Part shown: positions 53,102 through 64,000 of the stretch, one piece after another
How the letters are laid out: every line of letters starts with the position of its first letter
How positions within the stretch are numbered: position 1 is the stretch's first letter
From: Camelus ferus
Lineage: Eukaryota
NCBI RefSeq assembly: GCF_009834535.1
Contig: NC_045697.1
Span: forward strand, 21,206,001-21,270,000
Direction: 5' to 3'
DNA: 64,000 nt
Translations under genes and position numbers: made by a program
Notes under the pieces: model-generated
What the model was told of the DNA's origin: nothing
What the model saw: only the letters and a program-made list of their open reading frames with translations
Database searches by the model: none

Positions 53102-53517
53102 TTTTTTAAGGTTTTATTTTTTACTGAAGTACAGTTGATTTACAGTGTTTCATGTCTATAGCAAAGTGATTCAGTTATACATATATATATATATATATAT
53201 ATATATTCTTTTTCAGATTTCTTCCATTATAGGTTATTACAAGATATTACATATAGTTCCCTAGGCTATACAGCAGGACTTTGTTGTTTATCTATTTTAT
53301 ATATAGTACTGTGTATCTGTTAATCCCAAATTCCAAATATATCCTTCTCCCCTCTTTTCATTTTGGTAACCGTAAATTTGTTTTCCATGTTTGTGAGTCT
53401 ATTTCTGTTTTGTTCTGTTTTGACCTCATTTTTACATACAAGTTATATCATATCATATTTATCTTTCTCTGTGTGACTTACTTCACTTAGTATGACAATC
53501 TCTAGGTCCATCCATGT
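53102..53517 (-). mobile_element. Cetartiodactyl-type L1 3' end with (TA)n
   Basis: 'gaagtacagttgatttacagtg...gcaaagtgattcagttatac...ataggttattacaagat...tgacttacttcacttagtatgacaatctctaggtccatccatgt'. Confidence 0.9.
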
Positions 53518-54959
53518 ATTTTTATTTAATAAACAAGATGAAAACAGATGAAGTAAAAGTTATGAAGTTTCTGCATGACTGAAAAATTCATGGCTTCATT
53601 TGAAAACTAAAACATATATTTACAAAAGTGAAAAACAAACCAAAAGAAGAAACCCTTTTATATGAGGTTCAATAAAGTCATATTGCGTGGGCATGAATAA
53701 AGGAGTGGAAGTAATTTGGATCACCTTTACAAGTTACTGCATGCTGCATTTATTTGCTATTAAACAAAATTTACTTCAAACTCTCTTTTTTTCTTAAAGT
53801 AATCATCTTCAAATATTAAAAATAATGATTTACTAATCTTATTGTATAAGCATAGATTATTAATGTAATTTAAAAATAATGCTAATATGATGGTGCCTCC
53901 CTAATGCAGTAATTGTTTTTTAATTTTGTAGAAAACGTTAGAGATGTATTAACCAGTCTGAATGACTAGCTAATTGTAGAATTATATGTTACATGTAAAA
54001 TATATTGTATGTATTTTAAAGTATTCTTTCAAAATTCATTTAAATTATATATAATTCTTCTCATTAAATGACAATTATTTAGTATATGTCCATCCTCACT
54101 TTATAAATAGAATCTTAAGCATCTATTGGTTTTCCTTCATGTTCTTCAAAATTTCATTATATCAAATAAAAACAGTCAATTAACATTATTGCTTTTATTT
54201 CATTAGCCTCACAGATATTTGGCAATATTAAAGAATTAACTTTTAAATTAAGCATTTATCTCTTAAACAATTTAGAGTGTTTTCTCAGAGATTTTATCTT
54301 TATCTCTGTATTTTCCTCAAAAATTCTTGCCAAAATTATAAAACTAATCTTCACTTCCTAAAGAAATTGAACATGTTGATGTTGGGGAAGACTTTTGGTT
54401 TTGTTTACCATCTGGTTGCCTTGGAAACCATACTCTTGGAAATAACTGCAAAACTGAGTTAGAACATGTACCATGGAAACCAGGATAGAAAAACTCACCT
54501 GTATGACAACAAATTACTGAAAATGCAGGAGCAGAGGATGGGAGGATGCCAAGAATATAGATGTGTTGATTTTTAATTTCTCTTTTTTTCAGTGTAAAAT
54601 TTTGAGATAATTAATATAATATTTATAACTGAAGGAAAGCCTGTAGCTTCTGTAATATTCTACGCAGTTTCTGCAGCAGAAGAGTAATAATATATGTATT
54701 ACAATGATTAAAATCTTCCAGCATCAACAGAGAGCTTGGTTTTCAGCAAGCTGTAATCAAGATTTCATGTTATTTTTGCATTATCTCAAAATATAATCAT
54801 TTTAAAAAATATTAAAAATGCATAGACAGAATGTGAATTTCATAAAGAAATGCAGTTGCCTGCTTAATTTTTTTGAATTTACGATGTGGGTCTATAATAT
54901 AATATTCTATTTAACTACACTCATTAATCACAGATTTTAGTAAAACTAAAGGAGCCCCA

Positions 54960-55556
54960 TGTGGTCAACAAAATTCTAAAGATGTTTTCTTCCCTAAATT
55001 ATTCAATAAAACACCATTATAGTTAGGGGTGGGAAGGGAATTGCAGAGAGAATTAAGTTTGCTAAATAGCTGACCTTAAAATGGGAATATTATCCTGGAT
55101 TATCCAGATGGGCCCAATGTAATCACACGAGCCACTAAAAGTGGAGAAGAAACGCAGAGGAGGGTCTGAGAACTGAGACAGAAATAGAATTCAGAGAGAC
55201 TCAAAGCCTGAGAAGTAATTGACTCCGTCCTTGAAGTTGAAAGAAAAGGGCAAGAAACCATGGAATGCAAGAAATCTCTTGAAGCTAAGAATGATTTCCA
55301 ATCTATAGCCCACAAGGAACCAGGAAGTGCTGTCTTACCATAACAGTATAGCCTTGAACTCTGCCAGCAACCTGGATGAACAAGGAAACATTCTTCCTTA
55401 GAGCCTCCAGAAAACAACATGTTGATTTAGGCCTGAGATACCCAGAGCAATAACCTAGCATAGCTCACTGAATTTCTAATGTTAAACTCTGTTATAATAA
55501 ATATGCATTATTTTAAGTTTTCTGTAATTTGTAGTGGTCTTAATTGAAAACCCAGC
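54960..55556 (+). mobile_element. MaLR LTR (MLT1D/E-like)
   Basis: 'gctgaccttaaaatgggaatattatcctggattatccagatgggcccaatgtaatcac', 'cttagagcctccagaaa'. Confidence 0.85.
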
Positions 55557-57063
55557 TAACTACTTTTAGGAATTTTAGGCAACACATTTAATCCATTGTT
55601 ATGCTTTTCATTGATAATTCATTCAGCTTTCATGCATTATTATGTTTAATAGTTCAGATAGAAAAATAGATACATAAAGAGAGGGAGGGAGAAAGGGAGA
55701 GAATCTTTTTATCACATGTCAGAGTTGTAATTAAATCTTTATTCTTGTAGTAATTTATGTTATATTTGTGGCCTTTGATAGAATTCTCTATAATAAAAGA
55801 GATCCTGTCTTTATTATTCATTACTGCATACCAAACACCACACCAAGGCCTGGAAACTGAATAAATATGTACTGATTGAGTTAATGAGCTAATGAATAAA
55901 TGGTGGAAACATACCTTATAAAATGATTCAGAGAATGCTTTCTACTTTCAATAAATTTACAATTGTGTTAGAGACTATTAACCCAAATAAATATGAGGGA
56001 AAAAAAAGATAAGAACTTTGAGTTCCAGGGGGATAAAAAAAAAAAGTAAGGCTGTAAGATTTTGGAGAAGGTGGTGACTATATCTGGCAAATATGATTAG
56101 GAAAGGTTTTTCAAGTGATGTTAAACATATCCCTAATCAAGCAGTATGGACAGGATATTGATAACCAGAATTGATATCTACAGTGTCCAAAGCAGTAGAA
56201 AGTTCACGAATGAATTTTTGAATGTGTTTTTAGAGTATTGCTTATAATTGTCATTGGGAATCTGAACAGGTTTATGTTTTAAGGGTCTTTGATCAGATGG
56301 CATGGACTTTTAAAGATGAGCCCATTCAAAAAAAAAAATCTTAGAATCCAGAGGTAGGTGACAACATAAATGTCTAACGTAATCTAAAAGAAACAATATT
56401 TCATATTAGTCAAAGAACAGAAGTGTGTTCTAAAGTAACTCAAGTGTAAGTAGGAGAAGCCTACCGTGCTATATTCCAAAGGAGCATGGGGACAAGTTTA
56501 GGCAGAAAGTTGGTGGTTCTTGAAACTGAAGTTTCCATTTGCCAATTGGCTATGGAGTCTTTCAGGATCATAATGGTACTTTTTTTTAACTCAGTGCTTA
56601 ACACATTTTTAAAAAATTTTTTAACACAATATATTTACTCTTGCATATTTTAATTCCTTATATAAGGCACCCTGGAGTCTATAATGACATATATGTGGCC
56701 AATTAATCATTATTTGCCTATTCTGTTTTCTTGCTAATGCAGATACTTAATGCCATTCGCCCTTTTCATATTGAACTTAGCTATCTCTTTAATCCAGCCT
56801 TATTTTCAGGAGAGAATTGGTTTCCAAAAGACAATGTCCAGTAATCTCAGAGTGTTCTATAATTTTCTATATAACTAACTATGTAAATATTTGAAATCTA
56901 GTTTTATAGTTGCAACAGTTGCTTCTATATATGATCACATATTTAGAATTTTGCACAGTGATAATTTGTTAGCTTATCTATTTGTCTAATTATATATCAT
57001 GTTTCTCTAAATAGATTGCACAACTTCCTGAAACCATAGAACATGTTTTATTTTTCTGTGTGT

Positions 57064-57635
57064 GTAGGGAAGTAGATGCAGGTTGACTGTTTCCTTACAG
57101 GTCCTCATAGATGTTTCTTGTTGCTGTCAAGGGCCTAGAGGTGTGTCCATCTCCCATTCACCCCATTGGTAAGAGGAGGATTCATGTCTTGTGGTTACAG
57201 AGATGGCCGAATATATGACATCAGAGACTGGACAGATGAGACTGAGAGCAGCTAATAAGTCACATACACTTTCAGCCCAGGGAAGGAGAACAATGCATGC
57301 CACAAAGGGCCCCATGGGGTTGCACTTAGGAACATAGTATCAAGACTTCACAGTATCAAGAGAGTGAGGGAAGTTTGGCTCCCATGGGAGGATATGTTTA
57401 TCTTGTTTGAATAATTCCCTGGGCAGGCAGGGAGCTGAAGCCCACTTCTTGGAGATAAGCATGAACAGCGCCCCAGTGCCATGGTAAGGAAGGTTGTTTG
57501 GCTAGGGGACCTCATCTGGGGGAGCAGAGCAGAGAGAGGAACTCAGAGTTGGTTTGGCTTTTCCAGGTCTTTTTGATTTTTCTTACAATCCAAGGTTCAA
57601 ATAATAGTGGGTCTTACTTTTAGAACTTATATCAC
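57064..57635 (-). mobile_element. ERVL solo LTR (MER73/MER74-like)
   Basis: 'gtggttacagagatggccgaata...actggacagatgagac...gtcacatacac...cagcccagggaaggag...ggggttgcacttaggaaca'. Confidence 0.6.
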
Positions 57636-58049
57636 TGCATGTCAACAAATGACCTTATGGACTTTGGAAATTACTCACTATTATGTGCTGTTGATTTCTA
57701 TCCTGCATACGATGCCAAGGCTAATTCTTCATTGGTGCCCCCAGACAACTGAGAGCACAAGCTGAAAATCCAGCTGTTTCCCTCACATACTGTTTTTGAG
57801 AAGGACATAGATTCTTTCTCAGATGTAAACCCCTGGAGATTGTTCATTCTGTAGGATATCAAAATTTGACCTTTGGGAAGAGCACTTCAGCATCAAGTGT
57901 TGTTACTCTGCTCACTTAACCCAATATTTAAATGACTCTACCATTTGGGTAAAATTTAATATTTTAGTCTTGTTTCCCACCTTCATTAAACCTTTATAAT
58001 TTATTTAAATTTCTTTCTTTGCTCTCTCCTGAGTATATTGTGATCTTTC

Positions 58050-58270
58050 CTGATACTAGGTCTAATGATTGGGTTTCTATCCTTGTTAAAATTCTCACTA
58101 CATGAGTGATCTCTCTAGTCCTTATTTTTCTTAACTATGAAATAGAGAAACAATATTATACATTTTGGTTATTTTTATTGTGAGAATTAAATGAAAGAGT
58201 GGTTTTAAATTACTCATCCCAGGGTTATAGATATTATAAATACTTGATAAATGTTATAGGATATCATTTC
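58050..58270 (+). mobile_element. MIR SINE
   Basis: 'tttttcttaactatgaaatagag...ttattgtgagaattaaatga...aaatacttgataaatgtt'. Confidence 0.6.
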
Positions 58271-58829
58271 TATCAATACTGTCCTGATTTATAGACAAAA
58301 CTTAAGGGATGATTAATTACGGCATCATTGCTTACTTAGAATAGCATTTCATCACTAAAGCATAACTTTTTCATATATTCACATAATGGAAAATTTAGTA
58401 GCCATTAGAAATTGCATGAAATATAAATGCATAACATGTCTCTTGATAACATTAACACTAATAAAATTGATTATTTAAGTCATAAAAAAAATTCGAATAA
58501 AAAGTTTACTGAACAAATTGTGATGAAAAACCCAGTTCTGAGGATCATCTACATACAAAAATAAACCCAAAAGGATATACAATAACATGTTTTCTTTATA
58601 TGACTGGATCATGCTGGTTTTGCTTCTTTATTTTGCATTTTATAATTTTACAAATTTTCTGATTTTACAAAGTACACGATCACATTATTCTAATACATTC
58701 TTGAAGACTTACCATATCATCTCACTTTCTGAACCTGGCACTTCCCTTTGAATTGTTAAAGCTTTTCGTTGTCTGTTTCAGCCACATGTCAAATATCCAG
58801 AAGCTCTTCAGTTTTGTCTATTTGTTGTA

Positions 58830-59343
58830 GAGATATCCTGATCACCCATGATAATATAACATACTACCCTAAACCTCTGTGTCTTAAAAGATAATTATTA
58901 CATTATATGATTATGCGGCTTCAGAATCCAGACGATATTTTGCTAAGTGATTCTCGGTGTCAGCCGAAGTCACATGATAGACTTCAGAGACAGCTGGGCT
59001 GAGCTGGAGGGCCCGAGAAGCTTGCTCATGTGTATGCTTGGCATGATGTCGGAGATAGCTGGAAGATGGGTTCAGCTGTCCTCCAGGTAGAATCAGGGGC
59101 TCTCCATGTCTTTTCTTAGCAGGATATTCATATTTCTTACATGGGGAATTGGGGATCCCTGAGACCAAACTGGAAGCTACCAGTCCTCTTAAAATTCTGA
59201 CCTGGAACTGCCATAACATTATTTCTACTATTCTCTGTTGATCGCACACTCAGAGATCAACCTAAATGCAAGAAGAGGGGAAATATACCTCACCTCTCAG
59301 TGGAAGGAGAATAGATTTTTTTAGCCATCTCTAATTCTCCACA
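58830..59343 (-). mobile_element. MaLR LTR (MLT1G/H-like)
   Basis: 'ctgggctgagctggagggcccgaga', 'ggaactgccataacattatttctactattctctgttg', 'gccatctctaattctccaca'. Confidence 0.8.
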
Positions 59344-60122
59344 GAAAGGCAAGCTAAAATTTACTGTAATTCTCATACATTTTTGGTATTTTTAGTGCTT
59401 TATGTTATATATGTGTTTTATGTGCATTAGTTCATTATCTCTTTAGATACTTAAATATTTATAATAATAACAAAAAGTTACTACTATATTCATCACTAGT
59501 TTGGGATGTTTGCAGTGTTCTGATAAATAGCACCATCTTCCCTTTCCACGTTCTACACTGATTGAGAGGCACAAAGGATCAGTAGATGAAGACTGGACAA
59601 CAACAGCTTTACAACTAAAAAATATGATTTTGAAGAATAAGACTCATATCTGTACATCATTAGGTTTCATAAAATTGAGCCCTAGAATTAGTCAAACTTA
59701 CCCATGCAAGGAGCTACAGCCATTTCCTACAAGGCAGAAAGGAGAGCAATGGAACATAAGTTCTCTGTTTCTGTCCTACTTTCAAGAGAATTGAGACAGG
59801 TTTCACATGCCAATTTTCTTATTTATTTTCCCCAGGAAAGGATTGTGTATCTCGATGAAAAGATGCTAGGAAAGAAAAAAATTAATATAAGGCAACCCAA
59901 ACCCCATACATGAGAAAATTTGCTAATGAGAATACCAAGAATTGAAGAGGTTAACAGATGTTTGAAATACTGCAAAGGCAGTGAGCTGAGAATTGAGACC
60001 TTCAGTCCAGATGCCCTGGGTCCAGTTCTATAAGGCATTTGCTGTATGAGACACTGAAGCCCTAGAAGAGACCCTGGTATAAAAGCTACTTATATATCCT
60101 AAGGCACCTACCAGGAGCTCTT

Positions 60123-60485
60123 TGCTATTGATTAAATGTTTGTGCCTCCCATCCCTAAATTCATAGATTGAAGCTGGACCCCAAATTGATGGTATTTGGA
60201 GTTGGGGGCCTTTGGGAGGTGATTAGGTCACAAAGGTGGAGCCCTCATGAATGAGATTTGTGCCCATATGAAAGAAACTCCCAGGAGCTCCTTCACCTTC
60301 ATGAGAGAACACAGTGAGAAGGCAGCTGTCTGTGAACTAGGAATTGAGCTCTCACCAGATACTAAAAATGCTGGTGCCTTGATTTTGGACTTCCCAAACT
60401 CCACAACTGTTAGAAATAAAATTTTTGTTGCTTACAAGTCACCAGTCTATTGAATTTTGTCATATCACCCCAAATGGACTAAGAG
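60123..60485 (+). mobile_element. MLT1A-type solo LTR
   Basis: 'ggcctttgggaggtgattaggtca...ggagccctcatgaatg...gctggtgccttgattttggacttccca...aatggactaaga'. Confidence 0.92.
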
Positions 60486-63147
60486 TGTCTTTTGTAATAC
60501 CATCAGTTAATTTATGTTGATGGCATCTGTCAATCCACAAAGCAATTGCAAAAATGCATAGATTGTTAGTTGTTATATGTTGGAAAACTTAGGGCAGTGT
60601 TCTCCCAGTGTGTGTTTGTGGCAATGTTTGTTGAAAAGAATGCCAAGAAAGAAGATTTATTTGGGTAATTCTTTTATTTCTAAATTTTTTTCATCATTTT
60701 TACAGATGTTTTCATGATCAAACTTCAGCCAATAGAAAACTTACAATGGCAACTCCCTGAAGTTTGAAATTAAACTCAGAATATACTTTTGGAATGTAAA
60801 CTAGTTTCATCTTTAGTGCTTTAAATGCCATAGACTTCTACAACTTTATCCATATGTTTACCTGAATGAGGGTTCCAGACAAAAATAGAAAAAATTAGAA
60901 ATTATATTTATAATAGGGGTTGAAATTTCTGTCTTTTCCAAATTCCCCACACTTTTAAAAAAGGAGTCAAGTGCCACTAATTCTATTTTTTTTTCAGATT
61001 TGTCTCTTGTATGTAAAGATTTTATATCTGTATCTTCTTCTATATCTATATTTATACACACACCCATAAGAAGGTAGAGTTAGAGTAGAAGGAAAGAAGA
61101 AGGAAAGAAAGGTCCTTCAAAGCCAATCATTTAAAATATTTAAGTTTGGATCAGAAGAGAGAGAAACTATTGAACAAAACCTACGTCAATGATTTGTAGG
61201 TAGCCAGCATTCTGATAGCCTTTGTGTTGAAATTATGTAGTCTATAAATAAAACACGAATATTAGATCAAAGTCTTTTGTAAAACATTTCCACATTCTTT
61301 TAAAAATAAATGCCAAAGTAGGTGATATATAACCATTTATAACTATCATTAGGCATCGACAAGGAAAGAGTTGGGCTCCAAGGGACACCAGAAATTAGTC
61401 AGAAATGAGATATTTGTAGTATTCATTACTGGTCTAAGTTTTACAGATCTGTGACATCTTTAACTGACAATCTGAATTCTGTTTTCTAAACATAATGCAC
61501 TTGATTTTCTTATCTGTTGTTTGTGTGTGTGTGTGTGTATTTTAAGGAGAAATCAAGCAATATGCCATCTAGAAGGAATAGTTGGAAGGAAAAACACTCA
61601 GATTATTTCTTCATGTGTCTTGGAATCTCGTGACTACTGATGGAGATTTCAGTGCTCTGAAGGCATTGTTTAAACACAGGAGGGATAATTGTCTGATTTT
61701 TCTCTCATTGGTATGTTTTTTCAATTTAGAGAGTCAGGGATGGGAGCAGGACAGCAACCAGAAATGACCAGAAGCCAGGAAAAGTTTAGAGGGGAGTACA
61801 CGTATTGAGAATGAAAACTATAGAACTAAACATCTCTCCTCAAGTTTAGCTCAAGGTAAAGAGTCAAAATCTGGATATACGGTAGAATGAAACTGGGAAT
61901 CACAGCAAGGGCTGAAGTAAATTAAAATAGTTTAAGTTCCTATTTTCAGGTTCCCCAGGCTCATGTTTATTGATCAGCAAATGGATGGTGCCCAGGTAGA
62001 TAGTTCAGCACAAATGCAAGGTCATAGACATTCAGTGTTATCAAAGTCAAAACTATAACTCCTTGAAGAGAAACTCTGAAGTATGTATTCCATGAATAGT
62101 AGGTTACATATTTGCTCTTTGCAAACCCAACGTTCATACATAGCTCTCCTACCCAGGAGCACTCTTGTTTTTGTTCCTCAGCATCTGAGTAAGTAGATTG
62201 GATCTACAGTTTGACACTTAGACCTGAAAGAACAAAAACTGCCTAGTGTCTTATGCACTTTCTCATATTTTATTTTCTATCAAAAATATCTTCAGCAAAT
62301 AATATTGTATTCAGATAAGGGTTTGAGGGAATGGTATCTTAGAGTCAGGAAAATGCGGAGGTTTGTTAGAGAAGAAAGAAGGTGGACCTTGAGCAGACTT
62401 TTATTTTGCTGGCTATGGCATGAAATTGGGCAAGTTACTTAATGCTTAGGACCCAGAGATTATACATATTAGGATTAACAAAGCTTTATTGGCTTTTTTA
62501 GTGCAATTCAAGCAAGAAGAGCATAGAGGGGAATCAGGAAATATCAGTTCACTCCCTGACTTATTTTGCTTCCTGAAGCTCAAGTTAGCCTCCAGTAAGC
62601 CCAGCTCTCCAGGGTAGCATGCCCTAACAGGGGCTCTCCCCGCATGTCGCCTCTGCGTTTTTCAGACGTCAGTAGAAAGAAGTAGACATCACCACCTGAT
62701 GTGTTTCTGAAGTAATAGAGATTTGGTAATATAAATGATTCAAGATAAATAACCAAAATGCAGTGTGAAAGGAGAGACCCTAAGTTACCCCTAAAATTAC
62801 CTTTGCATGTGGATGTATAAATATGATTATCATGTTTCATTGGATGCTTTTAATTTTAAAATAATATGAAATGACACTGGTGTAACGAAAGCCTCATGTT
62901 GTAATTCACCATTACAAAACTGTTAAATATAAATCTTTTCCTTTGTCCATTCAATTAAATAAAGAGAAGGAGAGAAAGAAAGAGATAATGAGAGAAAAAA
63001 ATATTTTTAGAGAGTATTATAAATCTTCAGTATAAGAATAACTTTTTATAATGGACTATGGAGATTTGTTTATTTAGATGGTACTTATATTAAAAAGTGT
63101 ACAGTACTATAAATGGTAGCAAAGTATATGTTTCTCCTTGAGTTAAT

Positions 63148-63370
63148 GATTATAGCTACCATTTATGGAATGGCAGGCAGAGTAGAAAGCACTTTATATT
63201 TTTATACAATCACCCCTGCAAACCTTCCTGGAAAAAGTATTTTAACATTTCTAGTACTCAAGTGAGAAATATAAAACTTAGAGCAGACATATAACTTACA
63301 TAGCTTAATATTATACATTGATTAATACTAGACCCTAATTTGTATCTGAATGAAGTGGAAGCCATTACTT
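63148..63370 (-). mobile_element. MIR SINE
   Basis: 'atagctaccatttatggaatg...aagcactttatat...aagtgagaaatataaaacttagag'. Confidence 0.6.
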
Positions 63371-63372
63371 TT

Positions 63373-64000
63373 AAAAAAAGACCCCATAAGGCTCTCAGCT
63401 GATTTCTCTACACAAATGCTACAGGCCAGAAGGGAGTGGCAAGATATATTCAAAGTCCTGAATGAAAAAAATATGCAGCCTAGGATACTCTATCCAGCAA
63501 GGCTATCCTTTAGAATAGAAGGAGAGATAAAGAACTTCACAGACAAGCACAAACTAAAAGAGTTTAGCAACACTAAACCCATGCTAAAAGAAATACTGAC
63601 AGGTCTACTCTAAATAAAAAAGCAGCAGGATGCTACAAAAATGAGAAACTCATAACTGGAAGGGAGATAACTGCCGTGAATTACAAACAGAACAGTCACA
63701 AAATTGTAAAAGAAGACATCTAAATCATTAAGAGTGGGAGAGGGAAGCAAGGAAAGCCACTGTGGAAAACAGTATGGAGATTCCTCAAAAGACTAGGAAT
63801 AGATTTACCATATGACCCAGGAATCCTGCTCCTGGGCATATATCCAGAAGGAACCCTACTTCAGAATGACACCTGCACCCCAATTGTCATAGCAGCACTA
63901 TTTACAATAGCCAAGACATGGAAACAGCTTAAATGTCCATCAACAAATGACTGGATAAAGAAGATGTGGTGTATTTGTACAATGGAATGCTATTCATCCA
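63373..64000 (+). mobile_element. Young L1: ORF1 C-terminus and spacer joined directly to the end of ORF2; runs off the window
   Basis: PIRLSADFS..LQARREWQDIFKVL..KNMQPRILYPARLSF (ORF1p, stop at 63613). From 63755 it aligns to 38347 onward in the other L1. TTTT/AAAA site at 63369-63376. Confidence 0.95.

Noticed and set aside
1..64000. Most 60-140 aa ORFs in the supplied track as genes
   Set aside because: They lie in TEs, microsatellites or AT-rich DNA, often use non-ATG starts, and show no recognisable domains. Prokaryote-style ORF calling does not suit mammalian DNA.
1..64000. CRISPR array, operon, or defence/RT-linked system
   Set aside because: No regularly spaced repeats or gene clusters; the only reverse transcriptase is ordinary L1 ORF2.

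Overview
AT-rich, repeat-dense mammalian DNA, either intergenic or a long intron. No intact protein-coding gene, RNA gene or CRISPR array is visible. A tRNA-derived SINE (36376-36492) of the camelid Vic-1 type and young L1s point to a camel/llama/alpaca genome (recognised from memory, not searched). Much of the window is old L1M, L2, MIR, MER3 and MaLR/ERVL LTR remnants, plus cetartiodactyl-type L1 3' ends, several with target-site duplications (TSDs). The only ORFs with recognisable products are L1 ORF1/ORF2 fragments. Best leads: (1) a probable LF-SINE relic at ~35520-35780, a family known for exaptation as enhancers and exons; (2) a young L1 at 63373-64000 whose ORF1/spacer is joined directly to the end of ORF2 at an AG that could be a splice acceptor; (3) an unidentified processed pseudogene at ~11156-11690 (-); (4) well-formed minus-strand splice-site pairs, including 18-nt and 25-nt microexon candidates. 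I found no convincing evidence of a new multi-gene system. Repeat subfamily names and most boundaries are approximate.
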